Under the pieces are notes generated by a model. That model did not search any database, was not told the origin of the DNA, and saw only the letters and a list, made by a program, of their open reading frames with translations. Below, in pieces: positions 10,271-20,379 of a stretch of 64,000 nt of DNA. Position 1 is the stretch's first letter; each line of letters opens with the position of its first letter. The position numbers and the translations under genes were made by a program. Source of the stretch: Deltaproteobacteria bacterium HGW-Deltaproteobacteria-15 (GTDB taxonomy: Bacteria > Desulfobacterota > DSM-4660 > Desulfatiglandales > HGW-15); contig PHBH01000006.1 of NCBI GenBank assembly GCA_002840535.1, positions 73,159 through 137,158 of the forward strand, written 5' to 3'.

Positions 10271-12957
10271 CGCGCTCCCTCCTTCCTGTACACCTTGACT
10301 GCAGGGGCGGTATCCTGTCCGCCGCTCACCGCGTCGAAGGTGTGGGGGTCGATGGAGAGCAGAGCATTGAAATTGGGACCAAGCCGATTCAGAGGATTTG
10401 ACTGGCAGGTGCCGAGACCGTAGCTGCCGCCTACGCCGACGGCATCGGGATGGAACAGCTCGGAGACCCTCAGCCTCCCTTCGATCCTGCCGTACCTCGA
10501 TTCCACCACGATCGACTCCCCGTCCTTCAGGTTCTTCCGCGCGGCCGTCGCGGGATTCAGCAGGATGACGGACTCCCACGGGTCCTTGGCGTAGATCTCC
10601 GCCAGCCACGGATTCGACGTTAGATTGCTCGCGTCATTGCCGATGTATGGAGTCTTCCAGTTAATGGCCCAGAGGTCATAGCCCTCGGCAGGCCCCCTGA
10701 ACTCGGAGCTCTCCACCCAATAGGGGATTGGACGATAGAGGTCAAAAACATACTCCATGTCCTTGATCATGGGGAACTGGATGTTGTGCTCGATCAGGTT
10801 GGCCCTGAGGCGATCGCCCACCTCCTTGAGCCCTACAAGGTACATTGGGTGGCGGGTCTTGTTGTCCGGCCAGTAATAATAGAGATAGAATTCCTTCCTG
10901 GGTTTTCTATACTCGATGTACCCTTTCTCCCTGAGGTCCTTGAGAGTCATTCCCCCGCCGTAGGGCCAGCCTCGGATCTGCCGATCAAAGATCTCCTCCA
11001 GGGTATATTTCTTCTGCACATCCAGCTTCCACTCCCCGTTCATATTGAGGCCGTCGGTCTTGTCCACCCAGTCGACCGCATGGTTCAGGCTGTCGTAAAG
11101 GCCTCCTTTTCCATAGAGGATGGACATCCGTTCCGCCAGTTCCATGAAGATGTCGTCCGCATTCTTTGTGTTGAACAGGGTCGGCACGGGTTCCCGAAGC
11201 TGGATCATCTTCAGCCCGCTCACCTCATCATCTATCGATTGATGCTGAAGGTAGAAAGGTACCACCCTCAGCCTCTCCAGCGCGCTATGCTCCGGGAGAA
11301 GCACGTCCGAGAGGATGGCGACCTCATCCATATGAAAGGCAATGGCCACGGCGAAGGAGAGCTTCTTGAACCCCTCAACGTACTTCTCGGGTTGAGCATT
11401 CTGCCGTATCGGGTTTCCTCCCACGGACATCCATGCCTCTACTCGGTACGGCAGATAACACTCCTCCGGGTGAAGGATCGCGTTGAGGGCGATGTGGGGG
11501 GCCGTATGCTGATGCGGGTAGAACTCCTGAAGTGTCGCAGTCTCCGGCGGGAATTTGAACGGCTTGGGCACGGCTTCATAGTCCGGCGTCACGGTCCCGT
11601 CCTCTGTCGGCCCCATGATGGGCCCCCTGAAAGAGCAACTCAGACATCCTCCAGGCACCTCGATATTGCCCACCAGGATGTTGATGATCTTGCCGACGAG
11701 ATCCGCATACGTTCCTCCCCTCCGGTTCGTCACGTTGCGCTCCACATTCAGCGAGACCGGCCTGTAGGGAAAGGTGAACCCGTCAATCTCGATAGTGCTC
11801 CCGATGCGGGCATGCTCCACGAATTCCCGGGCTATCTTCCGGACGGTTCCTGGAACCACCGTTGTGATCTCCTCGGCCCATTCGGGCGTGTACTTCGCAT
11901 ATTCCTCCTTGATCAGGTCAAAGGAAGTCCTGCAGGGAACACTTTGGACGGTCCAGGACCCGCTGAGGGCGATATCCTTGAACTCCGCATTGAAGGGCTT
12001 GGCCCGGTTCTCGACCGGGTCCCACATCATCGGTTTCCCCGTCTCGGAATCCCTGAGGTATTCCCCCTTGGGGTCGATCAGGTACGGTCCGTTGGTCCGG
12101 TTCTTGAGAAACCCCGTGTCAAAGATCCTGATCTCGTGAAGCATGACATGGGCCATGGCGAGCAGGAAGGCCAGATCCGTACCGGGGCGGATGGGCACCC
12201 ATTCCCCCTTGGAGGCCTCATAGGAACTACGGGGATCCACCACCACGAGTTTCATTCCTCTCTCAATCGCCTTCGAGAACCTGCGCATCCCGGGAACAAT
12301 TCCGAAATTGGGGCCAAGAGACCTCCCCATAGTGATGTGGTACTGGCAGTATTCCAGGTCGACAATGGCCACGGGATATCCGGCGTGAACCAGACCCGAT
12401 GGGTAGTGGACCGTGCAGAGCGCCCCATGGGAGCCTGTCTCGTTCGGGGTGCCGAAGGCATGGCCGAAAGACTGGCGCAGGATCGTGTCCCGTTGCCCCC
12501 ACCCCTCACAGATGACAAGACCTCTCGGGTCCTTTTCCCTGACTTTTTTCAGCGCGGCTGCAGTATGGTCGAGAGCCTCATCCCAGGTGACCTCCTTCCA
12601 CATGGGATCCACATCAAGCCCCTTTTCCGGATTGGTTCGAACCATGGGGGCCTTCACCCGATAGGGGTTGTACAACCCCATGATCTCCGCGTTTCCTTTG
12701 GGGCAGAGGGTTCCCCAGTTCGGCGGCGTGTCGGGCCGGCCCTCCACCCTCACGACAACACCGTCCTCCAGATGCACCAATGTCGCGCAATCCCCCTGCA
12801 TGCAGGCCCGGCAGAGCCCGAAGAGAGTTTTCTTCTCACCTTTGGAACGAGGATCGACCGGTTTCCATTTGTAGGGGGAAGATCCGAACGATCCCCTGCG
12901 CGACCGCAGATCCGACAGGACCTCCTCGTAAGGAGACCTCTTCTTAGCCATGGACAT
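10267..12957 (-). CDS. Mo-bisPGD oxidoreductase catalytic subunit, phenylacetyl-CoA:acceptor oxidoreductase (PadB)-like
   Basis: N-terminal CRACMQGDC...CPKG Fe-S motif; RTNPEKG.DVDP.W, PIRPGTD, IGSTIEIDG..PYRPV; C-terminal MopB domain. Subfamily call is from recalled motifs. Confidence 0.8.
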   Translation of the reverse strand: MSMAKKRSPYEEVLSDLRSRRGSFGSSPYKWKPVDPRSKGEKKTLFGLCRACMQGDCATLVHLEDGVVVRVEGRPDTPPNWGTLCPKGNAEIMGLYNPYRVKAPMVRTNPEKGLDVDPMWKEVTWDEALDHTAAALKKVREKDPRGLVICEGWGQRDTILRQSFGHAFGTPNETGSHGALCTVHYPSGLVHAGYPVAIVDLEYCQYHITMGRSLGPNFGIVPGMRRFSKAIERGMKLVVVDPRSSYEASKGEWVPIRPGTDLAFLLAMAHVMLHEIRIFDTGFLKNRTNGPYLIDPKGEYLRDSETGKPMMWDPVENRAKPFNAEFKDIALSGSWTVQSVPCRTSFDLIKEEYAKYTPEWAEEITTVVPGTVRKIAREFVEHARIGSTIEIDGFTFPYRPVSLNVERNVTNRRGGTYADLVGKIINILVGNIEVPGGCLSCSFRGPIMGPTEDGTVTPDYEAVPKPFKFPPETATLQEFYPHQHTAPHIALNAILHPEECYLPYRVEAWMSVGGNPIRQNAQPEKYVEGFKKLSFAVAIAFHMDEVAILSDVLLPEHSALERLRVVPFYLQHQSIDDEVSGLKMIQLREPVPTLFNTKNADDIFMELAERMSILYGKGGLYDSLNHAVDWVDKTDGLNMNGEWKLDVQKKYTLEEIFDRQIRGWPYGGGMTLKDLREKGYIEYRKPRKEFYLYYYWPDNKTRHPMYLVGLKEVGDRLRANLIEHNIQFPMIKDMEYVFDLYRPIPYWVESSEFRGPAEGYDLWAINWKTPYIGNDASNLTSNPWLAEIYAKDPWESVILLNPATAARKNLKDGESIVVESRYGRIEGRLRVSELFHPDAVGVGGSYGLGTCQSNPLNRLGPNFNALLSIDPHTFDAVSGGQDTAPAVKVYRKEGAR

Positions 12958-12972
12958 ACTCCTGTTTCTTTA

Positions 12973-13794
12973 TTACAGCCCTTGCGGGAGCCGGTTGGGC
13001 TCGGATTCCACCTTTCCTGTAACCTGCACCGGCGGTTCCCCGTGAACCTGCAGGACAAAGGAGAAGGCGCTCTTAACCTGCGCTTCCGTGCCTTCTATGA
13101 CAAAAGATCGTGCTCCCTCGCTGCCTCCGATCCCGCCCGCTGCGATAACTGTCGCCCTCACCCCCGAAAGGATTTCCAGGGCCTGGATCTCCGTCACTAC
13201 CGTGAAGGAGGGGAGAGGGATAACCCCTGGGGGATTCCCGATGCAGTAGTCCAGCCGCAGTTGACCGGCCTTCCTGGATGCCTCCACCACCGAGGGAATC
13301 ATCTTTTCAAGCCCCACCGGAACTACACAGTAAAGACCCCGGGCTGTAATGAGACCGAATGCATCGGCCCAGGAGCCGCCGTTCGGATTGCACTGGAGCC
13401 CTCCCGCATAGAACTGCGGATCGACCGCATTGGCTCCCTTGATGAAAACATCGCCGCGCTGAAACTTTCGCAATTCAGGCAGGAACTGTGGAAAGGGCAG
13501 ATTTCTCGCTTTGCCCTTTTCCCATAACATGAGGGTGTGATCGTTTGCGGGGTTTCCCCCGAATACCCCCTCGGCTATCACACCGACGCAATACTCGAAT
13601 TTCTTCAGGGGCTGCCCTGTGAGGGCCTCGATCACGTAACCGGTTGTTGTGCCGTTGGCAATGGCCAACCGCCCCTTCTCATAGGCATATCGGACCTCCG
13701 GTAGAGAGGCCACTGCGAGTCCGATCAATCTCTTCCCGGCAGCGGGCGTCAGAACAAAAGCGCCGGACACCGTTTCTTTCTTTTGATCACTCAT
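12973..13794 (-). CDS. Conserved hypothetical protein
   Basis: 273 aa, operon-embedded; LTPAAGKRLIG, GTTTGYV, FIKGANA, PVGLEK motifs; function not recognised. Confidence 0.75.
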   Translation of the reverse strand: MSDQKKETVSGAFVLTPAAGKRLIGLAVASLPEVRYAYEKGRLAIANGTTTGYVIEALTGQPLKKFEYCVGVIAEGVFGGNPANDHTLMLWEKGKARNLPFPQFLPELRKFQRGDVFIKGANAVDPQFYAGGLQCNPNGGSWADAFGLITARGLYCVVPVGLEKMIPSVVEASRKAGQLRLDYCIGNPPGVIPLPSFTVVTEIQALEILSGVRATVIAAGGIGGSEGARSFVIEGTEAQVKSAFSFVLQVHGEPPVQVTGKVESEPNRLPQGL

Positions 13795-13841
13795 GACAAA
13801 CCTCGTTGGTTATCTATCAGATGTCGTCGTATCAAAGCCTT

Positions 13842-14264
13842 TCAATCAACGACGGCGATGGCGTTGATCTCCACCAGACATCGTGGATCCGTGGCCAGTT
13901 TCACCACCTGGACAGTCGTCGTGGTCGGCTTGTTTTCTCCCACGTATTTGTTCCAGATCTTGTTCAGGATATCCTGCTGAGACAGGTCCGTGAGAAAACG
14001 GTTGGCCACCACCACGTTCGCAAATGTGGCGCCCACGGCATCGAGCGATTTTTTGAGATTTTCCATCGTGGCAATGGCCTGCCCCTCCATGTCCGTCGGC
14101 ATGGAGGCGAATTCCGCGGGAATGTGCGGATGACTGTGGTACACGGGGGCTGCATTAACGCCTGCCAGGAAGACCATGGTGCCGCCCGTCACCTTGATTG
14201 CCGGGGCATAGGGCATCCAAACCTTCGGTGCATTGGGCCAGTTAACGTGTTCGATTTTAGCCAT
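13842..14264 (-). CDS. RidA/YjgF family protein
   Basis: PYAPAI, VFLAG and LVEINAIA motifs. Confidence 0.88.
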   Translation of the reverse strand: MAKIEHVNWPNAPKVWMPYAPAIKVTGGTMVFLAGVNAAPVYHSHPHIPAEFASMPTDMEGQAIATMENLKKSLDAVGATFANVVVANRFLTDLSQQDILNKIWNKYVGENKPTTTTVQVVKLATDPRCLVEINAIAVVD

Positions 14265-14317
14265 GATGTTGCTCCTTTTTTTGTTGATCGGTCATTGATT
14301 ATTGGAATTTGGAATTT

Positions 14318-14382
14318 GCCACCAAGACACAAAGCCACTAAGAAAAGCATTTATCTTCTTTGTGTCTTCGTGCCTTTGTGGC
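14318..14382. repeat. Family A octamer inverted repeat
   Basis: GCCACCAAGACACAAAGCCACTAAG ... CTTTGTGTCTTCGTGCCTTTGTGGC. Confidence 0.85.
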
Positions 14383-14400
14383 TGATCTTTTGTCCCTTCA

Positions 14401-14440
14401 ACATTCGACATTCTGTGTTCGGTGTTCGATATTCGATATT
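14401..14440. repeat. Heptamer tandem run, family C (ATTCGAT/GTTCGAT)
   Basis: ACATTCGACATTCTGTGTTCGGTGTTCGATATTCGATATT. Confidence 0.75.
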
Positions 14441-14470
14441 CTCTTTTCCTTCCTTGGACATTGGATATCT

Positions 14471-15775
14471 CTAAAACCCCATCTTCCCCGGCAACCAGGT
14501 GGCCAGGGAGGGAAAAATCATGATGATTGCCAGCCCGATCACCAGCAGGAGCACGAAGGGAAAAGAGCCGCGTACGATGTCCTCCATTGACGTATACTCC
14601 CGCAGAGCCCCTTTGAGAATGAAGAGATTGAGTCCGAACGGGGGAGTGATCATGCCCATTTCCACATTGATGGTCACGATGATCCCGAACCAGACAGGAT
14701 CGAAGCCGAGTTTGGTCACGATCGGGAACAGGATCGGCAAACAGATAACCATGATGGCCATGGGGTCCAGGAGGCATCCCAGGAGAAGGAATACGACGTT
14801 GATGATGATCATGACGACCCATCTGGAAACCTCCAGATTGACCATGAGATTCGTGATGTACTGGGGAATGCCCAATGTGGACAGCATAAAGGCAAAGACG
14901 TTTCCCCCCAGCACCATGAACATGATCATGGCCGTGACCGACACGGTCCTCAGGAGGGCGGCATGCATGCCCTTGAAGTTGAGCTTCCGATACGCCAAAG
15001 CGATGATGATCGCCGTGGTTGCACCGATGGCGGCGGATTCCTCCGGCGTGGCGATGCCGAGATAGATGCTCCCCATAATGCTGATGACCAGCACGATAAA
15101 AGCCCAGATCCTCTTCAGGGAGGAAAATCTCTTTCCCCAGCTTACGCCTTTGATTCGGGGCGCAAGCTCCGGTTTTACTTTTACCGCTATGGCGATTGCC
15201 CCGCAAAGGATCAGGGATATGACAATTCCCGGGATGATCCCTGCCATGAAGAGCTTGCCGATGGATGTCTCGGTGATGAGGCCATAGATGATCATGGTGA
15301 TGCTTGGAGGGATCAGGATGCCCAGGGTCCCTCCGACCGACACGGACCCGACGGCAAGCCTTTTGTCGTAACCCCTCTTGATCATCTCCGGTACGGAAAC
15401 CAGACCGACTGAGGCGGCGGTGGCAGGGCTGGACCCGCAGATGGCCGCGAATCCGGTGCATGTGGCAATGCTGCTGATGGCAAGCCCTCCGGGAAGCCAG
15501 CTCAGCCAGTCGTGGGCAGCGGTGTACATATCGTCTCCCACGCCGGAAAAAGAGACGATCTCGGCCATAAGCACGAAGAGAGGGAGCGTAAGCAGGAAGA
15601 TGTTCGTGCCCGTATCCGCAGCTACCTCGGCAACCTGATAGAGCACGCTCGGCTCCAGGAAGGCCAGGATGCCCCCCACGCCGATGATGCCCAGGCAGAA
15701 CCCGATCCTCACCCCTAATCCGAGCAGGAGGATCAGAATACCGAATACGATGATGGTAAGCAGACCTGTGGACAT
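14471..15775 (-). CDS. dctM: TRAP large permease
   Basis: Start MSTGLL; GTLGILIPPS, ATPEE, GFDPVWFG, TPPFG motifs. Confidence 0.92.
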   Translation of the reverse strand: MSTGLLTIIVFGILILLLGLGVRIGFCLGIIGVGGILAFLEPSVLYQVAEVAADTGTNIFLLTLPLFVLMAEIVSFSGVGDDMYTAAHDWLSWLPGGLAISSIATCTGFAAICGSSPATAASVGLVSVPEMIKRGYDKRLAVGSVSVGGTLGILIPPSITMIIYGLITETSIGKLFMAGIIPGIVISLILCGAIAIAVKVKPELAPRIKGVSWGKRFSSLKRIWAFIVLVISIMGSIYLGIATPEESAAIGATTAIIIALAYRKLNFKGMHAALLRTVSVTAMIMFMVLGGNVFAFMLSTLGIPQYITNLMVNLEVSRWVVMIIINVVFLLLGCLLDPMAIMVICLPILFPIVTKLGFDPVWFGIIVTINVEMGMITPPFGLNLFILKGALREYTSMEDIVRGSFPFVLLLVIGLAIIMIFPSLATWLPGKMGF

Positions 15776-15791
15776 GATTTTCCTTCTTTCC

Positions 15792-16313
15792 TCAGGCAGC
15801 CCCGGCAGGTTCCGTCTGTTCGCCTCTAAACTGCAGGATGATGCTGCAGACAAAACTGACAAGGAGCAGCAGGGAGCCGATGACCATGATTCCATGGATA
15901 ACGGCATAGGGGGCGTTCAGCATGGTCGGCGAGGTCCAATTCCCCTTAAAGGCGGTCCACGTCATTTCCGATACCTGCCACAACAGGACCGCCGTAAACA
16001 GGGCAGCAAGGATTGAAGTAACGAGGTCCAGAACGCGCTGGGTCCTCTTCCCGAAAAAATCCCGCAGGAAGGTGACTTTGATGTGCATTCCCTGCTGGAG
16101 CGCATAGGCCGTTGCGAGATAGATTACGTAAAGGAAAAGATATGTCGAGACCTCCGTGATCCATATCGTGGGGCTTCCAAGGACGTATCTCATGAACACA
16201 TCGACGGTGATCGACAAGGCCATGAAGAGAAGAATCACACCAGACAGTGTTGCACAGAAGGTGTTCACCTTCTTCAACTTGGACCAAGAGGCTCTTACCA
16301 GGCTCTCTGCCAT
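15792..16313 (-). CDS. dctQ: TRAP small permease
   Basis: DVFMRY..SPTIW..E and HIKV motifs; 4 TM. Confidence 0.9.
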   Translation of the reverse strand: MAESLVRASWSKLKKVNTFCATLSGVILLFMALSITVDVFMRYVLGSPTIWITEVSTYLFLYVIYLATAYALQQGMHIKVTFLRDFFGKRTQRVLDLVTSILAALFTAVLLWQVSEMTWTAFKGNWTSPTMLNAPYAVIHGIMVIGSLLLLVSFVCSIILQFRGEQTEPAGAA

Positions 16314-16349
16314 GTTCACCAACTCCGGATTGGAGCAAAGGCCGGCGCT

Positions 16350-17369
16350 TCACGCCACGATGCCGACTCTCTTTGCATTTTCTGAAAAGATCTTCTCCCG
16401 ATCCTCTTCCTTCAGACCCAGGCTGTCCAGGAAGCGCATGCACTCCATGGAATCTTCATAAGGATAATCCGTTGAAAGGAGTACCCTGTCCATGCCGACA
16501 GCTTCGACGGTGCAGTCGAACGCCCCTTTGAAATAGTTGCCGCTTGTGGTGTAGTAGACGTTCTCCCTGAGATAATCGCTCGGCTTTCGCTGGAGCTTGG
16601 GGGTTGCTTCAGGATCGAACCACGGCTTCAGGTATGCAAAATCGATCCGGTGAATCAGGAAAGGCATGCCCTCGCCATAATGGCCCAGCATGATCTTGAG
16701 TTTTGGATACCGATCGAAGACGCCGCTGTAGATCAGCCGAACCATGGTGATGCATGTTTCGATCCCGAAGCCGAAAGGGGGCCCTGCGAGCACGATGCCG
16801 TATTTCATCATTTGCGGGATATTGGGCACCGCCGGGTGAAGGTAAACAGCCACATCCAGTTTCTCGGCTCTCTCCAGGATGGGCCAGAACTTTTGGTCGT
16901 CCAGAAAGTCGCCGCCATAGTTGGAATGGGTCTTCCACCCCTTGAAGCCCAGCTTCGTCACTGCGCGCTCCAGTTCGTCCGCAGCAGCCTCAGGGTTCTT
17001 GGGGGCAAGGGCCGCAAAACCGACGAACCGGTTCGGATGTCTCTTCACCGCCTCGTGCAAAATATCGTTGGCCTCTTTCGCCATGGATATGCCCACGGCC
17101 GGATCGAACTGCTCCACCCCGGGTGAAGTGAGGCTCAGCACCTGCACGTCTATGCCGGCCTTGTCCATGTTCTCCAGTCTTCCTTTCCCGAGGTCCAGGA
17201 GCTTCTCGATGAGAGGATCCCCCAGCGGCTCCCCTACTTCCGGGGTGTAAAAGAGACGTCTCCTCCCGGTATTAGGGTCTTCCCCATATCTGGGATAGCC
17301 CTTATGCTGGTTCATGTATTTCATGTATTCTTTGGTAATGAAGTGGGTCTCAAGATCGATCTTTTTCAT
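16350..17369 (-). CDS. Amidohydrolase_2 family protein, decarboxylase-like
   Basis: IDLETHF, DVQVLSL, YLHP, GHYGEG, TDYPYE motifs; paralogue of 6595-7617. Confidence 0.85.
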   Translation of the reverse strand: MKKIDLETHFITKEYMKYMNQHKGYPRYGEDPNTGRRRLFYTPEVGEPLGDPLIEKLLDLGKGRLENMDKAGIDVQVLSLTSPGVEQFDPAVGISMAKEANDILHEAVKRHPNRFVGFAALAPKNPEAAADELERAVTKLGFKGWKTHSNYGGDFLDDQKFWPILERAEKLDVAVYLHPAVPNIPQMMKYGIVLAGPPFGFGIETCITMVRLIYSGVFDRYPKLKIMLGHYGEGMPFLIHRIDFAYLKPWFDPEATPKLQRKPSDYLRENVYYTTSGNYFKGAFDCTVEAVGMDRVLLSTDYPYEDSMECMRFLDSLGLKEEDREKIFSENAKRVGIVA

Positions 17370-17390
17370 TGCACTTCCCTTTCAACCGCG

Positions 17391-17467
17391 AGTGTTCAGA
17401 GGTTCAGTCTTCAATTTGAAATTCTTTTCTATTGTTCGGGCTGCTGAACCCCTGAACACTGAACACT
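17391..17467. repeat. Family B heptamer inverted repeat
   Basis: AGTGTTCAGAGGTTCAG ... CTGAACCCCTGAACACTGAACACT. Confidence 0.8.
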
Positions 17468-17474
17468 CCGAGAG

Positions 17475-18494
17475 CTACTTGTCCCTGAACGGCTCCAGCA
17501 GATCCATGAATTTCTTCCCGGTGTCGCCGGATACCTTTTGCACCTCGGGGTAAAGGGAATAGGCATCCTTGAGATAATTCGACCTCTCCTGGGCGCTCAG
17601 CTCGTGGATCTTGCCTCCCTTTTGGATAACCCCCTTCTTCACTTCTTCGTAGAACTTCACGGTCTCTTTGAAGGTCCAGGGCTTGGTCTCATTCACCGCT
17701 GCGGTGAAGATCTCCTGGTCTTCCTTGGTCATGGCTTCCCACTTCTTCAGGTTCATGGTCACGTTTTCCACGTTGTTGCTGAAGTTGGTGTCTGCGTGAA
17801 AAGGAGCGACCTCGTAAAGTTTCAGCCCGTTGATGATGTCCCAGATCAGCATGTAGCCGTCGATGACCCCCTTCTGAAGCGCTATGTAGAGCTCGCCCGG
17901 GCTCAGGAACACGGGGCTTGCCCCCCACATCTTTCCGAGCTCCGACTGCCATCGTCCGCCCAGCCTGATCTTCTGCCCTTTCCAGTCCTCCGGCTTTGCC
18001 AGAAACTTGGTCTTGTGGGGAAATACGACCGAGCCGGAGTACTGGATCATCACATGGTGGATCCCCTTGGTCTTGAAATATTCGGTCATGAGCGGTTCGA
18101 CCGCCTTCTCCATCTCCAGGTGTTTGTCCAGCTTGTAGGCGCCGTAGACCTCGAAGACGCTCAGCTCCGGGAGCTTGCCCGTAACGAAAGAGACCGGGCC
18201 GGTGGAAATGTCGGCGATCCCTTTGGCAACGGCATCCACATACTGGGGCTTCTTGGTGAGGGAGCCGCCGTAGAAATACTCGAACTTGATCCTTCCGTTC
18301 GTCTTCTTCTCGACAATGTCACCGAAGTACTTGATGGTCTTTGCCTTCATATCACCGGGCGGATTGTCGATGGAGGCCTTGAGAATAAGGGGGTCCTTCT
18401 CGCTGTAGGAAAACACCGGCCCCGACATTGCCAGTGTGAGGACGATGATGGACGTGAAAACAAATAATGCGCATTCCAGTCTGCTCTTCTTCAT
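17475..18494 (-). CDS. dctP: TRAP substrate-binding protein
   Basis: Signal peptide; DWKGQKIR and ELYIALQKGVIDG motifs. Confidence 0.9.
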   Translation of the reverse strand: MKKSRLECALFVFTSIIVLTLAMSGPVFSYSEKDPLILKASIDNPPGDMKAKTIKYFGDIVEKKTNGRIKFEYFYGGSLTKKPQYVDAVAKGIADISTGPVSFVTGKLPELSVFEVYGAYKLDKHLEMEKAVEPLMTEYFKTKGIHHVMIQYSGSVVFPHKTKFLAKPEDWKGQKIRLGGRWQSELGKMWGASPVFLSPGELYIALQKGVIDGYMLIWDIINGLKLYEVAPFHADTNFSNNVENVTMNLKKWEAMTKEDQEIFTAAVNETKPWTFKETVKFYEEVKKGVIQKGGKIHELSAQERSNYLKDAYSLYPEVQKVSGDTGKKFMDLLEPFRDK

Positions 18495-18554
18495 TTCACT
18501 TCCTCCTTCTTGAAATAGGTGGAACTCCTCGCAACAAACTCTTTCATCCCCGGA

Positions 18555-19514
18555 TCACTTGATCTTCAGCATCTTCTTGGCATTCCCACCGAGAATCCTC
18601 TCCTTTTCCCCGGGCGGGATATACATGCCTTTTACGCAGGCGAGATTCTCCCGGATGAAGTCTTCGCCCGCTTCCGCACCAAACGGATAATCGGAGCCGT
18701 AGAGCATGCGCTCCGACCCGAAGAAGGCATACCCGCAAGGCATGGCGCCAAGTGTTCCGTCCACTGCCGTATCTCCATAAATGTTTTTCCAGTACTCGGT
18801 GATGGGTCTCGGCAGTTTGTCTTTGAGAAATTTGCCGAAGTTGGCCTCGATTCTACGTTTGAAGAAGGGGATGTAATTGCCCAGGTGATGGGTCACGATC
18901 TTGAGTGTCGGGAACCGATCCAGCACCCCCCCGAAGATGAGACGCCAGACGGCCTGGGTACTGTCGTAATCCCAGCCGAAGACATGGAGAAATCTCCACC
19001 CATGGGCCATATCCATGAGCGGAGAACATTCCCAGTGGGTGCCGTGGATGAGGATAGGGAGATCGTGCTCCGCCACCTTTTCGTAGAATGGAAAGTACTC
19101 GGGGGAATCAAGCCCCTTGCCATTCTGGTTGGAAGAGATGGTGACCCCGCGGCAATCGAGCTCCTGAATCGAGCGTTCCAGTTCCTTCATTGCGCTCTTC
19201 ATGTCCAGAAGGGAGACGATGCAGATGTTTACGAACCGGTCCGGGTAAGCCTTGCAAAGCGCAAAATTATCCTCGTTGGACATCCTGCAGATCTCGGCCG
19301 CTTCCTCTGCGTTCCACCCCAGCAGGAGCGGTGTGGTCTGACTTATAGCCTGAACGTCGACCCCGTACTTGTCCATGAGCCCTAGCCTGACATCGGGATC
19401 CGCGTTGCCGGGAGGAAAAGGAAATTCCTTCCCCTCACCGTAATAGGGTCCCTTCACAACCATTTCCCCGACTCTTTTCGAAATGTGATGCGCATAGATA
19501 TCGATAATCACCAC
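18555..19514 (-). CDS. Amidohydrolase_2 family protein (ACMSD/6-methylsalicylate decarboxylase-like)
   Basis: IIDIYAH, LIHG, HHLG, YGDTA, GSDYPF motifs; GTG start with GGAGG SD. Confidence 0.85.
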   Translation of the reverse strand: MVIIDIYAHHISKRVGEMVVKGPYYGEGKEFPFPPGNADPDVRLGLMDKYGVDVQAISQTTPLLLGWNAEEAAEICRMSNEDNFALCKAYPDRFVNICIVSLLDMKSAMKELERSIQELDCRGVTISSNQNGKGLDSPEYFPFYEKVAEHDLPILIHGTHWECSPLMDMAHGWRFLHVFGWDYDSTQAVWRLIFGGVLDRFPTLKIVTHHLGNYIPFFKRRIEANFGKFLKDKLPRPITEYWKNIYGDTAVDGTLGAMPCGYAFFGSERMLYGSDYPFGAEAGEDFIRENLACVKGMYIPPGEKERILGGNAKKMLKIK

Positions 19515-19579
19515 GAATGTCCTCCTCTCTTATTGATTCGATCGCTTCCTTCTACGAACCGAACCGTGTTACGAATACC

Positions 19580-20377
19580 TCAAGGTCTTTTTCCTGGAAC
19601 CTTCCTCGTTGAGGATTCTTTTGAATTGCCGGTGAACCCCAGCTGGTGCGATAGATTCGAAGCCCCCTCGCGCAGGGCGAGTTCGACCTTTTTCTCTTTT
19701 TTATGATTGAATCGGATGGTGGGCATGGGAATGACAATGGACGCATGGACGCTGCCGTCCGCATCGAAAACGGGCAACCCCATGGCGATGACCCCTTCGT
19801 TCAATTCCTCGCGGGAATACGCCACCTGGCCGGAGCGGATCGCCTCCAGCTCTTTTCTAAGGGCTTTTGCATGGGTAATGGTTCTCTTTGTAAAGGCTTT
19901 GAAGCGGACCGTGGACAAATATTGTTCGATTTCATCCGGAGGGAGGCAGGCAAGAATGGCCTTGCCCGCCGCAGTCGTATAGAGGGGCGCGCGATCTCCG
20001 ATCTGGATAACAGACCGAAGAGGCCTGGAGCAATCCTCCCTGCAGATCATGAGAATATCATTTCCTCTTCGCAGGCCGATTTCCACACACTCTCCGGAGT
20101 CGTCCACCATCTTCTTGAGGATCGGCCGTCCGAGTTGGACCACGTCCAGCCCTGCGAGATACCGCTTGGCAATCACGAGAACCTGCGGCCCAAGCAGGTA
20201 GCGTCTTCCGTCCTTGTCCTGGGACAGGTAATCCTGCGCGACGAGATCCGACAAAAGAAGCGAGAGGCTTCCCTTGGGAATGTTTAGAATGTCGGCGATT
20301 TCACTGTGCTTCAACCCTGCCGTGCTGGAGGAGACGGCTTCGAGAATCTGAACGACTCTGTACGCGGACTTGACCAT
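19580..20377 (-). CDS. IclR family transcriptional regulator
   Basis: VKSAYR..IL HTH; IG.RAPLYTTAAGKAILA effector-domain motif. Confidence 0.93.
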   Translation of the reverse strand: MVKSAYRVVQILEAVSSSTAGLKHSEIADILNIPKGSLSLLLSDLVAQDYLSQDKDGRRYLLGPQVLVIAKRYLAGLDVVQLGRPILKKMVDDSGECVEIGLRRGNDILMICREDCSRPLRSVIQIGDRAPLYTTAAGKAILACLPPDEIEQYLSTVRFKAFTKRTITHAKALRKELEAIRSGQVAYSREELNEGVIAMGLPVFDADGSVHASIVIPMPTIRFNHKKEKKVELALREGASNLSHQLGFTGNSKESSTRKVPGKRP

Positions 20378-20379
20378 AG

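Noticed and set aside
12880-12910. Tat signal (SRRGSF) on the Mo enzyme
   Set aside because: No hydrophobic h-region follows and the consensus FLK is missing
10786-13527. 913-aa plus-strand ORF, and other long antisense ORFs such as 28163-29998, 35511-37199 and 26223-27599
   Set aside because: Antisense shadows of well-supported minus-strand genes in GC-rich DNA; no recognisable motifs
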